A stretch of 64,000 bases of DNA from Lepidodermella squamata (GCA_047495785.1 JBLDXI010000024.1:1364001-1428000); one strand, 5' to 3'. Numbered from the stretch's first letter, positions 37,228 through 49,178 are shown. Notes: a model not told the origin generated them from the sequence alone. A program made the numbers and translations.

Positions 37228-37509
37228 TCGGATTTTTTACTGACTAATTTACTACTCATTTTTGTCGGTTTTAAAGTGATTTATCATCACGATAGCGATA
37301 CAGGAAGCCGTTTTAATTGCAGTGCGAGATCAATAAAAAGTCGTCTACTAATTATGGTGGATAGTTTTTTTTCCACGCAACATGTCTTTTTAGTTTGATC
37401 TCTTTCTCACGCCAATTAAATATTATGCCTACTAATTAGCAGTAAAGGATAAGGTGAGAGGAAAGCATGGCTTCCAGAAAAAAATCAGAAAATATGATAT
37501 CCGCAAAGT

Positions 37510-39897
37510 TTAAGATTCTCCTGTTGCGGAAAAAATGCGCATTAACGACTTGTAGGACAGGCATAATGACGATGTGAGGGATAGGATAAGAGCCATGAAG
37601 CATACTGCGATATGCTGACGAACTTGATCCGATAGAGCGACTATTATCAAAACTGAAAAAAGCAGAAGGACCAATGCGTTGAGGACTCCACATATAATAC
37701 CGACCATTTCCGAGCAGACATAAGTTTGATTTGCCCGAAAGCGTTGTTTGATTCGGTAACTCCTATGTAAACTGACTAACAGCATAAGAGTGTGAAAAAT
37801 AATGAAAAATGCGATCCAATCTAAGTTGTTTATCGACCTGCAGCGGATTACGGAAATCTCGTAGGAAGTATCCGTGATTTCATCATAATCATCTCCTCCT
37901 GTAATGATAAACTGCTGACAAGAGAAGCCGTCAGAAGTCAACCAAGCCAACACCATGGCCATGTTTATTGCCACGAAAAACGCACATCCGAGAATTACCC
38001 CTTTGTCGATAGCTGACTCAATTTCTTCCTTCGGGAGGTTCTTTACGGGTTGTGGCGTTAAACATCCGCGACTAACTGTTTTTTCGACTTTCAAGTGCGA
38101 ATGTGGATGGGCCAAACGGTAATTGAGTTCAAATTTCGAATGCGAGGCGGCTAACGATTTACGCTTAGATAATGGCTTATGGAAGCCTATTGAAGTGCTT
38201 CCTGCTTTCTCGCGAAGTCTATTTGCAATGAAAACTGCTCGAAAGGCTAGGATTCCGTTAACAACTGATAGCGCGAAAATCAGGAGGGCGACCCTCAGTA
38301 TGCCGATCAAGTAAGGATTTTCGGCTATCTTCAGCGAATGGACTGCTGCAGATCCGTTGAGGCACAGGCAGCCAAAGTAAGCAATGATTTTAAGCCTTGA
38401 AGACAACGAATTTAGGCTCCTGAGTGTCGCAAAACCCAGAAATATTTGAAACAACGAGATCAAGCATGAAATTACGATAACAGATGTGCGAACGTTATCA
38501 TCGACTTCAGATGCAAGTTTTTCAATGTTAGCCGAGTCTCTTGGTGGTCTACCGTCAGTCCAACCTGGCCATTGAAAGACGCCATTCGAAATGACTGAAT
38601 AACGGCCGTAGTAGAGACCCGAGCGCTTGTTGTTCTCCTTTTCTATAGTATAATAGGGGGTAACATAACCAGTGTCGTTCCAGTAGGTGAATAAGATTCT
38701 GTCGTTTTCCTTGAAACCACGTTTACTGAAGTACTGCTGACCCCTCAAACCGGATATGTTCACATTCCTGAGAGATTCATTTACGACATGCATCACCAAT
38801 GTTGGGTTCGTGTTCATGTCTAAAAGGGACATGTTGTATTGCGCCTTCAAACGTAAATCAGCGTCGTGAAGTGCGAACACCGACATCAAAGCTGTATCGT
38901 GACAGACGTATTTCAAACTAGTAGCTGTTTGTTCTTTGGGCCTTAGCAGTCTTTCATACAACATTTGATCGAACTGATAAGTGTCGTAGCCTAGTTCAGA
39001 CTTTCGGCTCTCGTCCGGGACAGTAATCACAGAGCCAGCAAAGATAAATTGTTTAAACTGATCTGTCATATTTTCTCTCGTGCATCTAGGGTCTTCCAGA
39101 ACAAATTTGCGTGGGTCAGCAGCAAGGTAGTTGTTGAGAATGAACAAGTACCGTGGACCACTTATACCAGTCAGGAAACATTTGCAGATAAATTTCCACA
39201 GAAATGCCGCCTCGGTGATGTAAGGGACAATGATTCGAACGTCGTGATACTGGATCGCATCGATCACTTCATCTTCCAAATCGATCCCAATAATGAAGAG
39301 AGGTACAGAAATGTTGGCTTTCAGCGCGAACTCATGGACATATGTAGCAGCTATGTAGTCGTTGGGGCTTGAGGGGATCGAGATTATTCCGATCTCCGAC
39401 CATTTGCCGATATCCTTGATAAAGTGGATAATTCCCATAGCCACGAGTTCTCCAGTCGATTGTGTCAAGTACAAGTTCGGATATGTCACGTGATCAGCCA
39501 GAAATGGAGCACTGCATGCAATACTAAGCGCTACCATGTCATAGTACGTCAGTACCTTTCCTAGGGCTTTGCATCCAATCGAAAAGAAAGGTCCGATATA
39601 GAGGGGTGATCGAATGAAAGTTGGAGTGTTAGATCTGCTCTCCCAGTCCCTTCCGTATTTCACTAGTTCGCGAACTGGAGAAGAGCCAAGTGTGAAATTT
39701 GCCTCATCTCTGAAATCAGACACGATGTTGTAGTCGGATAGAATGTCAGTTCTGTTATTGACCGAGTCAATGACGATTTGGATGGAGGGTCGGCAGGGCG
39801 AGTGAGATTCGGGATAAACCTGCAGTAACGATAGGTTGTTGAGCGCTGTACAAAACCGGATGCAAAATACGACTATCAGAATTATAATACGAGACAT
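37510..39897 (-). CDS. Class C GPCR, GABA-B-type, intronless
   Basis: MSRIIILIVV signal; same VFT motifs (PLYIGPFFSIGC, CSAPFLADHVTYPNLY, KYVCHD), PPRD linker, 7TM. Confidence 0.87.
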   Translation of the reverse strand: MSRIIILIVVFCIRFCTALNNLSLLQVYPESHSPCRPSIQIVIDSVNNRTDILSDYNIVSDFRDEANFTLGSSPVRELVKYGRDWESRSNTPTFIRSPLYIGPFFSIGCKALGKVLTYYDMVALSIACSAPFLADHVTYPNLYLTQSTGELVAMGIIHFIKDIGKWSEIGIISIPSSPNDYIAATYVHEFALKANISVPLFIIGIDLEDEVIDAIQYHDVRIIVPYITEAAFLWKFICKCFLTGISGPRYLFILNNYLAADPRKFVLEDPRCTRENMTDQFKQFIFAGSVITVPDESRKSELGYDTYQFDQMLYERLLRPKEQTATSLKYVCHDTALMSVFALHDADLRLKAQYNMSLLDMNTNPTLVMHVVNESLRNVNISGLRGQQYFSKRGFKENDRILFTYWNDTGYVTPYYTIEKENNKRSGLYYGRYSVISNGVFQWPGWTDGRPPRDSANIEKLASEVDDNVRTSVIVISCLISLFQIFLGFATLRSLNSLSSRLKIIAYFGCLCLNGSAAVHSLKIAENPYLIGILRVALLIFALSVVNGILAFRAVFIANRLREKAGSTSIGFHKPLSKRKSLAASHSKFELNYRLAHPHSHLKVEKTVSRGCLTPQPVKNLPKEEIESAIDKGVILGCAFFVAINMAMVLAWLTSDGFSCQQFIITGGDDYDEITDTSYEISVIRCRSINNLDWIAFFIIFHTLMLLVSLHRSYRIKQRFRANQTYVCSEMVGIICGVLNALVLLLFSVLIIVALSDQVRQHIAVCFMALILSLTSSLCLSYKSLMRIFSATGES

Positions 39898-40187
39898 TAT
39901 TCTTGAGAATAGTATCTTCAGAGGCAACAGTTATATTTCGATTCTATTGCAGAATTGAATGATATGGGTATCAACATTAATATCTCATAATATCTAATGA
40001 AGAAGCTCGGCTGAAGTTGTTCCCTAATATTAGAAGTTTCTGGCGTGATCTTTCAAATACTTACGTCACAGCAGTGGCGTGTACATGTACATGATTCATG
40101 ATTATTCGGAAATTATTTCGAATTATGAATCTAATTAAACGTACAACTCACTCATTATTTCGCCCGATGATGCTAATTTCTGAATTT

Positions 40188-40658
40188 CTGAATTTCTGCT
40201 CCTACTAATATAGCTTGGTATTAGCGACACATGACTTCATTAGGCATGTTTACTTCGAAATCGTCCACTCCGATTCCTCGCGGACAGTCCGTGCAAACGG
40301 TCCGTGATAATTTACGAATTCCTGAACTCCATCAACTACATCGTAGCTCGTAATCATCGCGTTGGCGTTAGCATCCGGCTGACGCTTGCAGCCTCTAACC
40401 TCTAACTCCATGGAGAATGGAGACCAACAGAACTCACTCTCCTTGTGGATCTTCAACGAGTCTTAGACTCTTCCATCTGTCTCCACCGTAGCTTATCCAT
40501 TCCATATGGCATTTTGACGCAATAACCACGGACCGTTTGCAACCGTTTACTTCGAAATTGTCCGCTCCGATTCCTCGCGGACAATTATTAAGTCAACGTG
40601 CCTATACCTAATGAAGTCATGTGACAACCATGCGATAGTAATAGGCGCAGAACTTCAG
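40188..40658. repeat. Nested inverted/direct repeat structure
   Basis: Imperfect IR 40188-40247 / 40604-40658; 39-bp direct repeat at 40248-40286 and 40545-40583; 15-bp IR at 40292-40306 / 40527-40541. Confidence 0.65.
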
Positions 40659-40989
40659 CGAGTCTGTCGTCATCATGAGGTGGACGTTGAACATTGAGTT
40701 GCTACTTACGATGGCAATTTGCAATAAAATTGAATGCGGAGGTGGTCTATATGGCATTTGAAACTACGGATAAAGAGTAAGGCGCCACGTACGTCATCGT
40801 GTATGACTAGCTGGCATGTCAAAGTCCAAATTGGCATGGTAAAAGCATGAACAGCTCCATGACAAAACTTTCTTAATGAGGTAATTCAACCCGAAATTTG
40901 CGCAGGCCGGGAAGCTTCAAGATTGCGTGGAATTTGTCATAACTTCAAATTGTCCAGTTGGAATTACACGATAATTCAGAAATTATTGA

Positions 40990-42888
40990 AAATATTATTG
41001 CTGCTGGCGTAGCAATCGCCTGTAGTTTTGAGTCAGTCTAACAAATACAACCGTTCTCTCCTGCAAACTGCAAATTTTCCCTTTTGCACATGAGGCTTCT
41101 TTACCGGCACTCAAAATCGCCATCGAAAAGTTCAGCAATCGATCAGAAATCCCACCGGACTACAATTTGGTACCAATTAGGTCCGTGACGAGGAGGGTCT
41201 CTTCCAGTGCGAGAAATCGTCCGTTATGGGAGAATGCGGGAAAATCGCCCGGATGATGGCCTCATCCGCTCTCCTGTCATCGTTAAACCCTTCTTTTCTA
41301 TCGGATGTAAGCCAATGGGAAAGCCGCTAACTTACTTTGACATGGTCGGTTATGCAATGGCCTGCTACGCACCCTATCTATCAGACCGCATAACCTACCC
41401 AAACCATTATAATATCCAGAGAAACGGCGAGTTAAATGCTATTGGATTGGTTAGCATTATCAAGCAAGTCGGCTAAAATTGGTGTTCTGACGATTGTCGG
41501 TTCGCCACAGGATTATGCAGCGGGTTCATACGTGGAGAAATACGCAACAGCTAGCGGAATTTCTATCCCAACGTTCAACGTTGTGTTGTAGATAACTGAT
41601 GATGTGATAAAAGATCTAGTTTTCCATGAGGTTCGGATAATCCTGGTCTACAGCTTGGTATGCTGGTCTCACAGGGTCGAGATACCTATTTTTCCTGAGC
41701 AACTCACGCGCCGGCGAACCTGTTTCATCACCCCGGGAGCAATAGTTGACGAGACTTGTAATAAAGAAATAATCCGCTAGCAATTATACAACTCAATTTT
41801 CTTCGGACCTGGTACTCAGGTTCTTGCGATAGCCGAGTGAGCGAATTGGGGTATTAATTCTTGAAGCGACCCCGCCTTATGCTTGTAAAATACATATTGT
41901 TAATTCTCCTATTGCCAAGATTTTCGGCTGTATCGGATGCTTAGGTCTTAACGGAGCTGCAATCGCGTTCGCGGTAAAAAGGGGGCGAGTAGCTTTGTTA
42001 TTGCAGTAGTAAGGCTGGTTCTACTAATTACTTCTCTATCAGTTTTGAATGGAGCTATTTCATTCAGCGCGTTTTTTCTGGCACGGAAACTGCCAAAAAT
42101 GCCCTAGATGTTCATATCCAACCAGAATAGCAAATTACTCAGCATGGCTCCAGGGAATCATTCTAAGGCTCAAATCGTTATCGCGAAAGCTGATGTCAAT
42201 ACGTCACCAGGTGTGCGCCCGCCTATGACACCCGATCTTCAACGCCGAACAGATAATTTAGCGGGATGCGAAAATGTTGTCACAGTATCACCTGTTCCTC
42301 GGCAACATTTGATTGATGCGAAACCCACAATCTCAAACCGGAGTACAAATCGAGGTCGCAATCCTAGTACCGTGGTATCGGAATTTGAAAACGGCATCGA
42401 CCGAAAAACTTTCGGCTTCACTACGATTTTTATGGGTATTAACCTTCTCATTTTGGCTAGCTGGCTACTTTCCGACACTCTATCCTGCCGTACTGTCGTA
42501 GCTCGGAAAGCCAAAACTATGACCCTTTATTAGACACATTTTACGACATCTATACGGAAATCTGTACCTCAGCAAATGCCATGTCCTGGATGACTTGTCT
42601 GGCTTTTTTCACGTGGTTTCGCAAGCTTACTGCACTTACCAAGGATACCATGTAAAGCAGCGATTGAAGATACTGGCAAACAACGTCTGTTCCGAGATCA
42701 CAGGCGTTATTCTTGGCCCGCTGAATGGTTTCTCTCTACTGCTTTGCTTCATCCTAGTTGTTTTCATCTTGGGCGATGAAAAACGACAGCATATAGCTTT
42801 CTCATTTATGGGGCTATTTTATTCGATGAGCACGAGCATCACCATGAGTTATACTCTCCTTCAACGCATCATTAAAGTAATCCGCTGA
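40990..42888 (+). pseudogene. Degraded class C GPCR paralog with an internal deletion
   Basis: Recognisable pieces (ENRPDDGLIRSP, FFSIGCKPMGKPL, SRVSELGY, ARKLP, GPLNGFSLLLC) with stops and frameshifts; the distal VFT to TM1 segment is missing near 41860. The 5' boundary is approximate. Confidence 0.8.
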
Positions 42889-43495
42889 AAGCTGGCGAAC
42901 ATGATAGTCTTAATGTTATGTCCATGTTTTATTCTGCGTAATCTGACTTCTTTATAGCGTCGAATAAAATGACTAAGACAAACCCTCTCCAACTCAATAG
43001 AATTTGTCGACTTTTTATTTGAACATATTTCTCAGACACGCCAACGAAAGTTGTAAATTTTCTCGAACAAGTAAAATGCATGTTGTCGGAACTCATGTGG
43101 CTAATTTCCGGATCGTATTTTGAAAGAGTCGTCGATTATAATGCGTGCTTGTAACTCGTCCATTGCGCAAAGTGAAATAAATTCATATTAATTATAACGA
43201 TGTAGGAGATATGCGCTAATCTAATTACGTCAATGATTATGTTCGCGCTTTTTGGTGTTGAGAGCGCGGGCTGGATGACTTGGAAAATCAGATTTGGCAT
43301 TGGGCATCGTGTATTATACCAACAGCCACAGGCACAGCAGAGGTGAGAGGCTTATGGAAGAAGTGTATACGTCATCAGATTCCTTGGTATGTTAAAGGAA
43401 TTGATAGCAATAACATAGGTTGGATTGTTGAAGCCCGTTGATTCTTGTCATGTGTCTGACAATGCTTCAAGTTTTTCGCCCCGGAGACCGGAGAC

Positions 43496-43624
43496 GGTGC
43501 GTAGCCTACCGCGAAGCCTTCTTCATCGCGATATTCGTGTACGATGTTATAGTCAGGCAGTACATCAGTACGGTTGTTGGCATTGTCGATTGCGATTTTC
43601 ACAGCTGGCGGGCATCCTATATGA
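43496..43624 (-). repeat. Inverted 129-bp copy of the GPCR 5' coding segment 44034-44162
   Basis: The reverse complement matches 44034-44162 with 2 mismatches (HIGCPPAVKIAIDNANNRTDVLPDYNIV...YAP). Confidence 0.9.
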
Positions 43625-43926
43625 AAACACGCAGAAAACACGCAAGCTTGCTATCACATATTTGTGTTTCGCCTTTTAGTTGCCCTGATCGAATAATGCA
43701 GCAAACATTTCCATCTTGTTTTTATTGACGTAGAACATTTCTGAAGGCGTCCTTGAGTAAGGATGTAATATTCACCTAGTTCCTCTGCAGATTTCGTTAC
43801 TCGAAATTCTTCGGCAATAGGCGCATGATCGGGGAATGCGTGAGAATCTGGCTAATTATCCTTACCTATGCATTTTATTCGATAAAGACCTGATATGAAG
43901 CATAGCGTTCTCAGTCACTGTCAAAA

Positions 43927-46530
43927 ATGACTTTCTCGAAGGTTTCCATACTTGTAATCGCACTCACTAGCTTCGTCAATGGTCAAATTATTAAGAAATA
44001 CAACATTTCAATGCTGCAGATGTTTCCCATTAATCATATAGGATGCCCGCCAGCTGTGAAAATCGCAATCGACAATGCCAACAACCGTACTGATGTACTG
44101 CCTGACTATAACATCGTACAGGATTATCGCGATGAAGAAGGCTTCGCGGTAGGCTACGCACCAGTACGTGAGCTCGTGAGATACGGCCGAGCGTGGGAAA
44201 ACAGAACAGATGACGGTCTCATTCGCGCGCCGATTTTCATCGGACCATTTTTCTCCATTGGTTGCAAACCCTACGGGAAGCCGCTGAAATATTTCAACAT
44301 GGTCGGACTTGCCATATCATGCTCTGCTCCATTTCTCGCTGATCACGTGACCTACCCGAATCTCTACAATGTTCAGTCAAACGGAGAGCTGAACGCTATA
44401 TCTCTGGTTCATTTCTTTAAAGACATCGGAAAGTGGTCGACCGTAGGGATCCTAACGATCGCCAGCTCTCCAAGCGACTATATATCAGCAACATACGTCA
44501 ACAGATACGCCTTGGAAAGTGGCATTAAAGTTCCAACTTTCAACATTGTCTTGGACGTAACTGACGATGTGATAAATGAGCTTCTGTTTCATGACGTTCG
44601 AGTCATTGTTGTCTACATCACCAACGAGACTCTGTTGTGGCGCTTTCTCTGCAAAGCTTATTTCGCTGGAATCACCGGTCAGCGATATATTTTCTTCATG
44701 TCAAACTCCTTGGCAGCGGAACCAAACAACACCAAGCAAGAAAACTTACCGGACAGTTGGTGCACAAGAGAAATCCTGCGAATACAGTTTAGTTTCGCTT
44801 TGTTTGTCGGTCCGATTACTCAGGTCATGGATGATAGCAGAGTCAGCGAGTTGGGTTACAATACTACGTATTTCGAGGAGAAAATGTTCGAAATTTTGAA
44901 GAGACCTCGCTCTGCAACTAAAGGATCGTTGAAATATGTCTGCCATGATGCTACTATGATGGGAATATACGCCATGCATGATGCCGACAATCGGCTGAAA
45001 CAAGAATTCAACATGTCGCTGAGAGACATGAACTCAAATCCCGAAGTTGTAATGAAAGTCGTGAATCAATCTGTACTGAATGTCAACATCTCAGGCCTGA
45101 GAGGCCAGCTTCGTTTCAGCAAGCGAGGATACGCGGAGAATGATTTGATTCTTTACTCCTACTACGATCCTGAAGGATATCGCAATAAGTTTTCTTCAGT
45201 TGAGGTGGATACAAGTCGAAATTTCATGTTCTATGGTCGGTATAAAATTTCTTCTCTCGAGCCGATGGATTGGGCTGCTTGGAATAATGGCGGGAATCCT
45301 CCTAGAGATTCAGCATTTTTGATCTCCATCACTGACGACGTATCTGGCAGCACTTTAATTTCCGTTATAGTAATAGCAAGCATTTCTTCTGCAATTCATC
45401 TTTTCATGATTCTGTTTACAATGAAAAAAGGAAGCAACCCCGAAATGGTAACTTCTCCTCAATTGAAAGTGGTTGGGTATGGAGGTTGCATCTTGCTAAA
45501 TGGAGCTGGCGTAGCCTATTCACTGACAACCGGGGCAAATGCCTACATGATAGCATTAGTCCGGCTTTGCTTACTTGTTGTATCCTTGTCTGTCATAACT
45601 GGAGTAATGTCACTCCGGGCTTACTTTCTGGCTAAAAAGCTCCCACCCCCACCGAAACGATTCAAAGTTCATCGAGGTGGAAGAACTGTCAACATGGTTA
45701 CTGTCATTTCTCATCCAAAGCTCAAGTTCGTCGAACCAAGCAAAGCAGAAGCCTCTCGCTCCCCTTCACCAACTGGGAGCCCTATACCACCACCAGAAAA
45801 GCAAACCTCTGTACGATGCGCATCTGGAAAGCCTCAAATAAACAATCGTTCAGCCCAGTCAAATCTACTTTCGACTGGCGCAATCGCGAAACCCTTGATG
45901 GCTACAAAGACGAGTCTTGCACCTGTCATTCGCACAACCTCAGACCACAGCCAACGATTTGCTGCCAGCACTCCTGTACCCCATCTGAACACTCTCCACC
46001 CAATCGAATTTGAAGACGGAATTCAAAAGAAGACCTTGGGTTTCACTGTTGGTTTCGTGGCCGTTAATGCTTTTCTAGTTGCGATCTGGCTGCTTTTCGA
46101 TTCATTTAGTTGTCAAACAATCACCGCCCCTCGTGACAAAAATTATGACCCAGTTACAGATACAAATTATGACATTTCTGTCGTGATTTGCTCTTCAGCA
46201 CATGGAATCTTCTGGATGATGGGCCTCGTGCTTTTCCACGTTGTAGTCCTAGCGTTTTGCACATTCCAAGCCTACAGAGTTAAACAAGGCATGAAGCTGC
46301 TTATTAGCAATTGCTGCCGAGATATAGGCGGAATATTAATCGGCCCGCTCAATACACTCTCGCTGCTGCTCTGCTCGATTATGATCGTCTTTACCCTCCG
46401 GGATCAAGCCAGTCAACACACTGCAGTAGCTTTCTCAGCTTTGCTAATTTCGCTCACGACGTGCCTGAGCCTGGGATATTCGGCGATAAAAGGCGCGCTC
46501 GAGCAGTGGGCAGAGGCGCATGTTAATTAA
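43927..46530 (+). CDS. Class C GPCR, GABA-B-type, intronless, with long intracellular loop
   Basis: 867 aa; VFT nearly the same as in the 24253 and 28969 genes; 7TM more diverged, with a Pro/Ser-rich loop insertion. Confidence 0.88.
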   Translation: MTFSKVSILVIALTSFVNGQIIKKYNISMLQMFPINHIGCPPAVKIAIDNANNRTDVLPDYNIVQDYRDEEGFAVGYAPVRELVRYGRAWENRTDDGLIRAPIFIGPFFSIGCKPYGKPLKYFNMVGLAISCSAPFLADHVTYPNLYNVQSNGELNAISLVHFFKDIGKWSTVGILTIASSPSDYISATYVNRYALESGIKVPTFNIVLDVTDDVINELLFHDVRVIVVYITNETLLWRFLCKAYFAGITGQRYIFFMSNSLAAEPNNTKQENLPDSWCTREILRIQFSFALFVGPITQVMDDSRVSELGYNTTYFEEKMFEILKRPRSATKGSLKYVCHDATMMGIYAMHDADNRLKQEFNMSLRDMNSNPEVVMKVVNQSVLNVNISGLRGQLRFSKRGYAENDLILYSYYDPEGYRNKFSSVEVDTSRNFMFYGRYKISSLEPMDWAAWNNGGNPPRDSAFLISITDDVSGSTLISVIVIASISSAIHLFMILFTMKKGSNPEMVTSPQLKVVGYGGCILLNGAGVAYSLTTGANAYMIALVRLCLLVVSLSVITGVMSLRAYFLAKKLPPPPKRFKVHRGGRTVNMVTVISHPKLKFVEPSKAEASRSPSPTGSPIPPPEKQTSVRCASGKPQINNRSAQSNLLSTGAIAKPLMATKTSLAPVIRTTSDHSQRFAASTPVPHLNTLHPIEFEDGIQKKTLGFTVGFVAVNAFLVAIWLLFDSFSCQTITAPRDKNYDPVTDTNYDISVVICSSAHGIFWMMGLVLFHVVVLAFCTFQAYRVKQGMKLLISNCCRDIGGILIGPLNTLSLLLCSIMIVFTLRDQASQHTAVAFSALLISLTTCLSLGYSAIKGALEQWAEAHVN

Positions 46531-47692
46531 TCCACATATCAGTATAAAAAACATTTTCAAGTGACAATTATTGCATCGTAGTGTGTGGTGTTATTTGTCA
46601 AGGACGTACTCATGGAAATGTGATCTTCCAGCACCGTTCAACAACTCGGATTAAAGCTTGCTTCACAGGCCGCTTTATTAGCGTAGAAAGCATCGGTTCT
46701 GAGCCATTTTGACTTTTTGGGTTGATGGTTTCAAGCAGTTAAGGGGCCGACCTGAATTGCAGCAGGCGATGGCAGGCTGCAGAATTTTTGTAAACCGATA
46801 CTTCAGTACTAAAATAAGAATAGCTAAAAAATAGATTACTTGCTTGTTTATAAGGCATAAGGCAGAGAGCCTTGGGTGTTTTTGAATACAGGACAGGGCT
46901 CAATTATAAAGCACGTCTCCAATTGATACGTCCGCATATTTTCTTGAGGATAACAGTTGTAAATAGTACGTTAAACCAACGCCAGCCCTGCCGTTCCTCC
47001 GTGCGCGCAGTATAAAAAGACTATGAAGAAACCGACCAAGGCACAGTTAGTCAAAATGCATAACTTATTTCCGCCGATTTATGGCCTGACGCCTGCTGCT
47101 GAAATTTCGGGTTCCGGGACCAGGCCGATTAATGTTGTATCAAAAACTGCGTCAAAAATAAGTCATTGACCCGACAAGTTAGTCATTGTCGCAGTCTGGA
47201 ACATATGACATTGAGCATGGCATTCAGGGTGCGAAGTACAGGGGTGCCGGGTGCTGGGTGCTGGGGTGTCGCGGCTCCAAATAGAGGAAGGCTGAAAAAA
47301 ACACAGGGGGACCCTTTGGTTTCTTCGGCTGGGTTCTAGAAAACAAGTAGAAAACACTTCAGCTCCCGGATCCTACTTCGCACACTGTCTCTGATAATCG
47401 ATAATCATATATCTAAAGCAATGAGCGAGGAGAAGAGACATCTTAATATAGAACACTTCGCCTGTCCTCATCAACGCAAAACGGCAGTGGTCAAGCATAA
47501 AGTTTTCAAAGCCTCAGAAAACTTAGTTTCTGAATTTCAGTAACTCAAATGGTTGTAGATTTATTGAACCATCGTGGGTCATCGCACTAACTCGCAGTAG
47601 GACCGACTGCGATATCTAATTTATAGAGATTTGTCTCTAGTCCTGGGGACTTAATGGCGTTTCTTAAATGCCATAGAGCTATTTTAAAGACG

Positions 47693-48753
47693 CCCAGACC
47701 GGCACGAAATAAGCTGAAATACGCTGAAATAATTAAGCTGAAATAAGCTGGCAAATGATTTCAGTTGATTTCAGTTTAGCGTTTTTCCAGCATATTTCAG
47801 CTTATTTGTTTCAGCGTATGTCAGCTTAAAGCTATTTCAGCGTTTTTCAGCTTGTTATTTCAGCTCTTTCCAGACGTGGAAAATTTATTTCAGTTTATTT
47901 CAGCGCGTGGCGTCATGCTATTTCAGCGTATTTCAGCACTTTTCCGTCCATTTTTCATTTTTCATATAAAACATCAAAATCTTCAAAGTCGATAATTTCC
48001 TGAAAATTGATCACCATTCACATGATCAGAACGGTATAGACAAAATTTCTAAAAATCGAAATTTGAAATTGAAATTTCACCCACTGCAAAATTCGAACTA
48101 TTTAAATGATTAGCAAGAATCAAACCTGAGAGGGACATTAAAATATTAAAGTTTACACAATGGTGTTGTCATGAAAATAACTTACAAATTTCTTGATAAT
48201 TTTTTGATAATTTGATAATTTTATTGGATCGGGTCTTGAATTCAATGGCGAACTGACGAACAGTTGTATTTGCATATGCACACTTGTATTCTGAGGGTAA
48301 TTTAGCTCTTTTCAGCATGCAATAGTTGCTAACTGAAAGCTGCCAAACTGAATGCCCGATTATAATATAACATGTTAGTGTAATATTTCAGCAATTTCCA
48401 GCTAAAAATTGTTTTAGCTGAAATATGCTGAAATTCTGCGTTAAATAAACCGAAACTCAGGCTCTGCCAAGTCCTGGAAAACCATTTTGAATTTCGCGCA
48501 ATGCGTCGTACAGAATTTCAGCGTATTTCAGCTTGCCGATGTCGCCGCGTGCTCATTTCAGCGTATTTCAGCACAGTGCGTCGATGGATTGCAAAAAAGC
48601 ATGACTTAGCTAAAAATCTGCCGAAATGTGCGCAGCCCAGAAATCAGCTCCAGCGTATTTCAGCGGCGACGAACTCGCCATGCCTTATTTCAGCATATTT
48701 CAGCTGATGAAATCAGTTCCAGCACATTTCAGCTTATTTCGTGCCGGTCTGGG
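47693..48753. mobile_element. Non-autonomous TIR DNA element with subterminal repeats
   Basis: 28-bp TIR CCCAGACCGGCACGAAATAAGCTGAAAT with its exact reverse complement ending at 48753; many ATTTCAGC/GCTGAAAT motifs in both arms; no clear TSD; no real ORF. Confidence 0.8.
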
Positions 48754-49178
48754 ACTAGCTCTATGTTACATGCCGATCGACAGATTGCAACGGGCGATTA
48801 GAAGAAATGTCCATCGACGAGCTACCCAAGCGAGTCAGCTTGCCTTAACGCTTTTGAGGTCTTTAACTTGGACTGGGTTGAACAGCTGGCGATTTTCTAA
48901 CAGGAATATTTGGACTGATGGTGAGCTTGTGTTCACGCAGGTAATCATAAACCCGTGAACCCTATATACGATAGAGAATTGTCTTTTCTTCCATATAATT
49001 TGAGTTTTCATCGCTTCAGTCGTTTTTTTGGATATCCACGGCAGATCATATGTTTGTTTTCACGCGATGAGTATTGCCGGCATTTAATCAGGTGTTGTTT
49101 TGTAATTTCTCCCTATCATCATCTTCATTATTCTTCAATATATATTCTGCATTACTAGTAGTAAGGATGGGAACTTTG

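Noticed and set aside
47241-47267. G-rich tract gggtgccgggtgctgggtgctgggg (possible G-quadruplex)
   Set aside because: A single short motif with no supporting context.
48501-48958. ORFs with repeated ISAYFS/FQRISA
   Set aside because: They are translations of the ATTTCAGC subterminal repeats of the TIR element.
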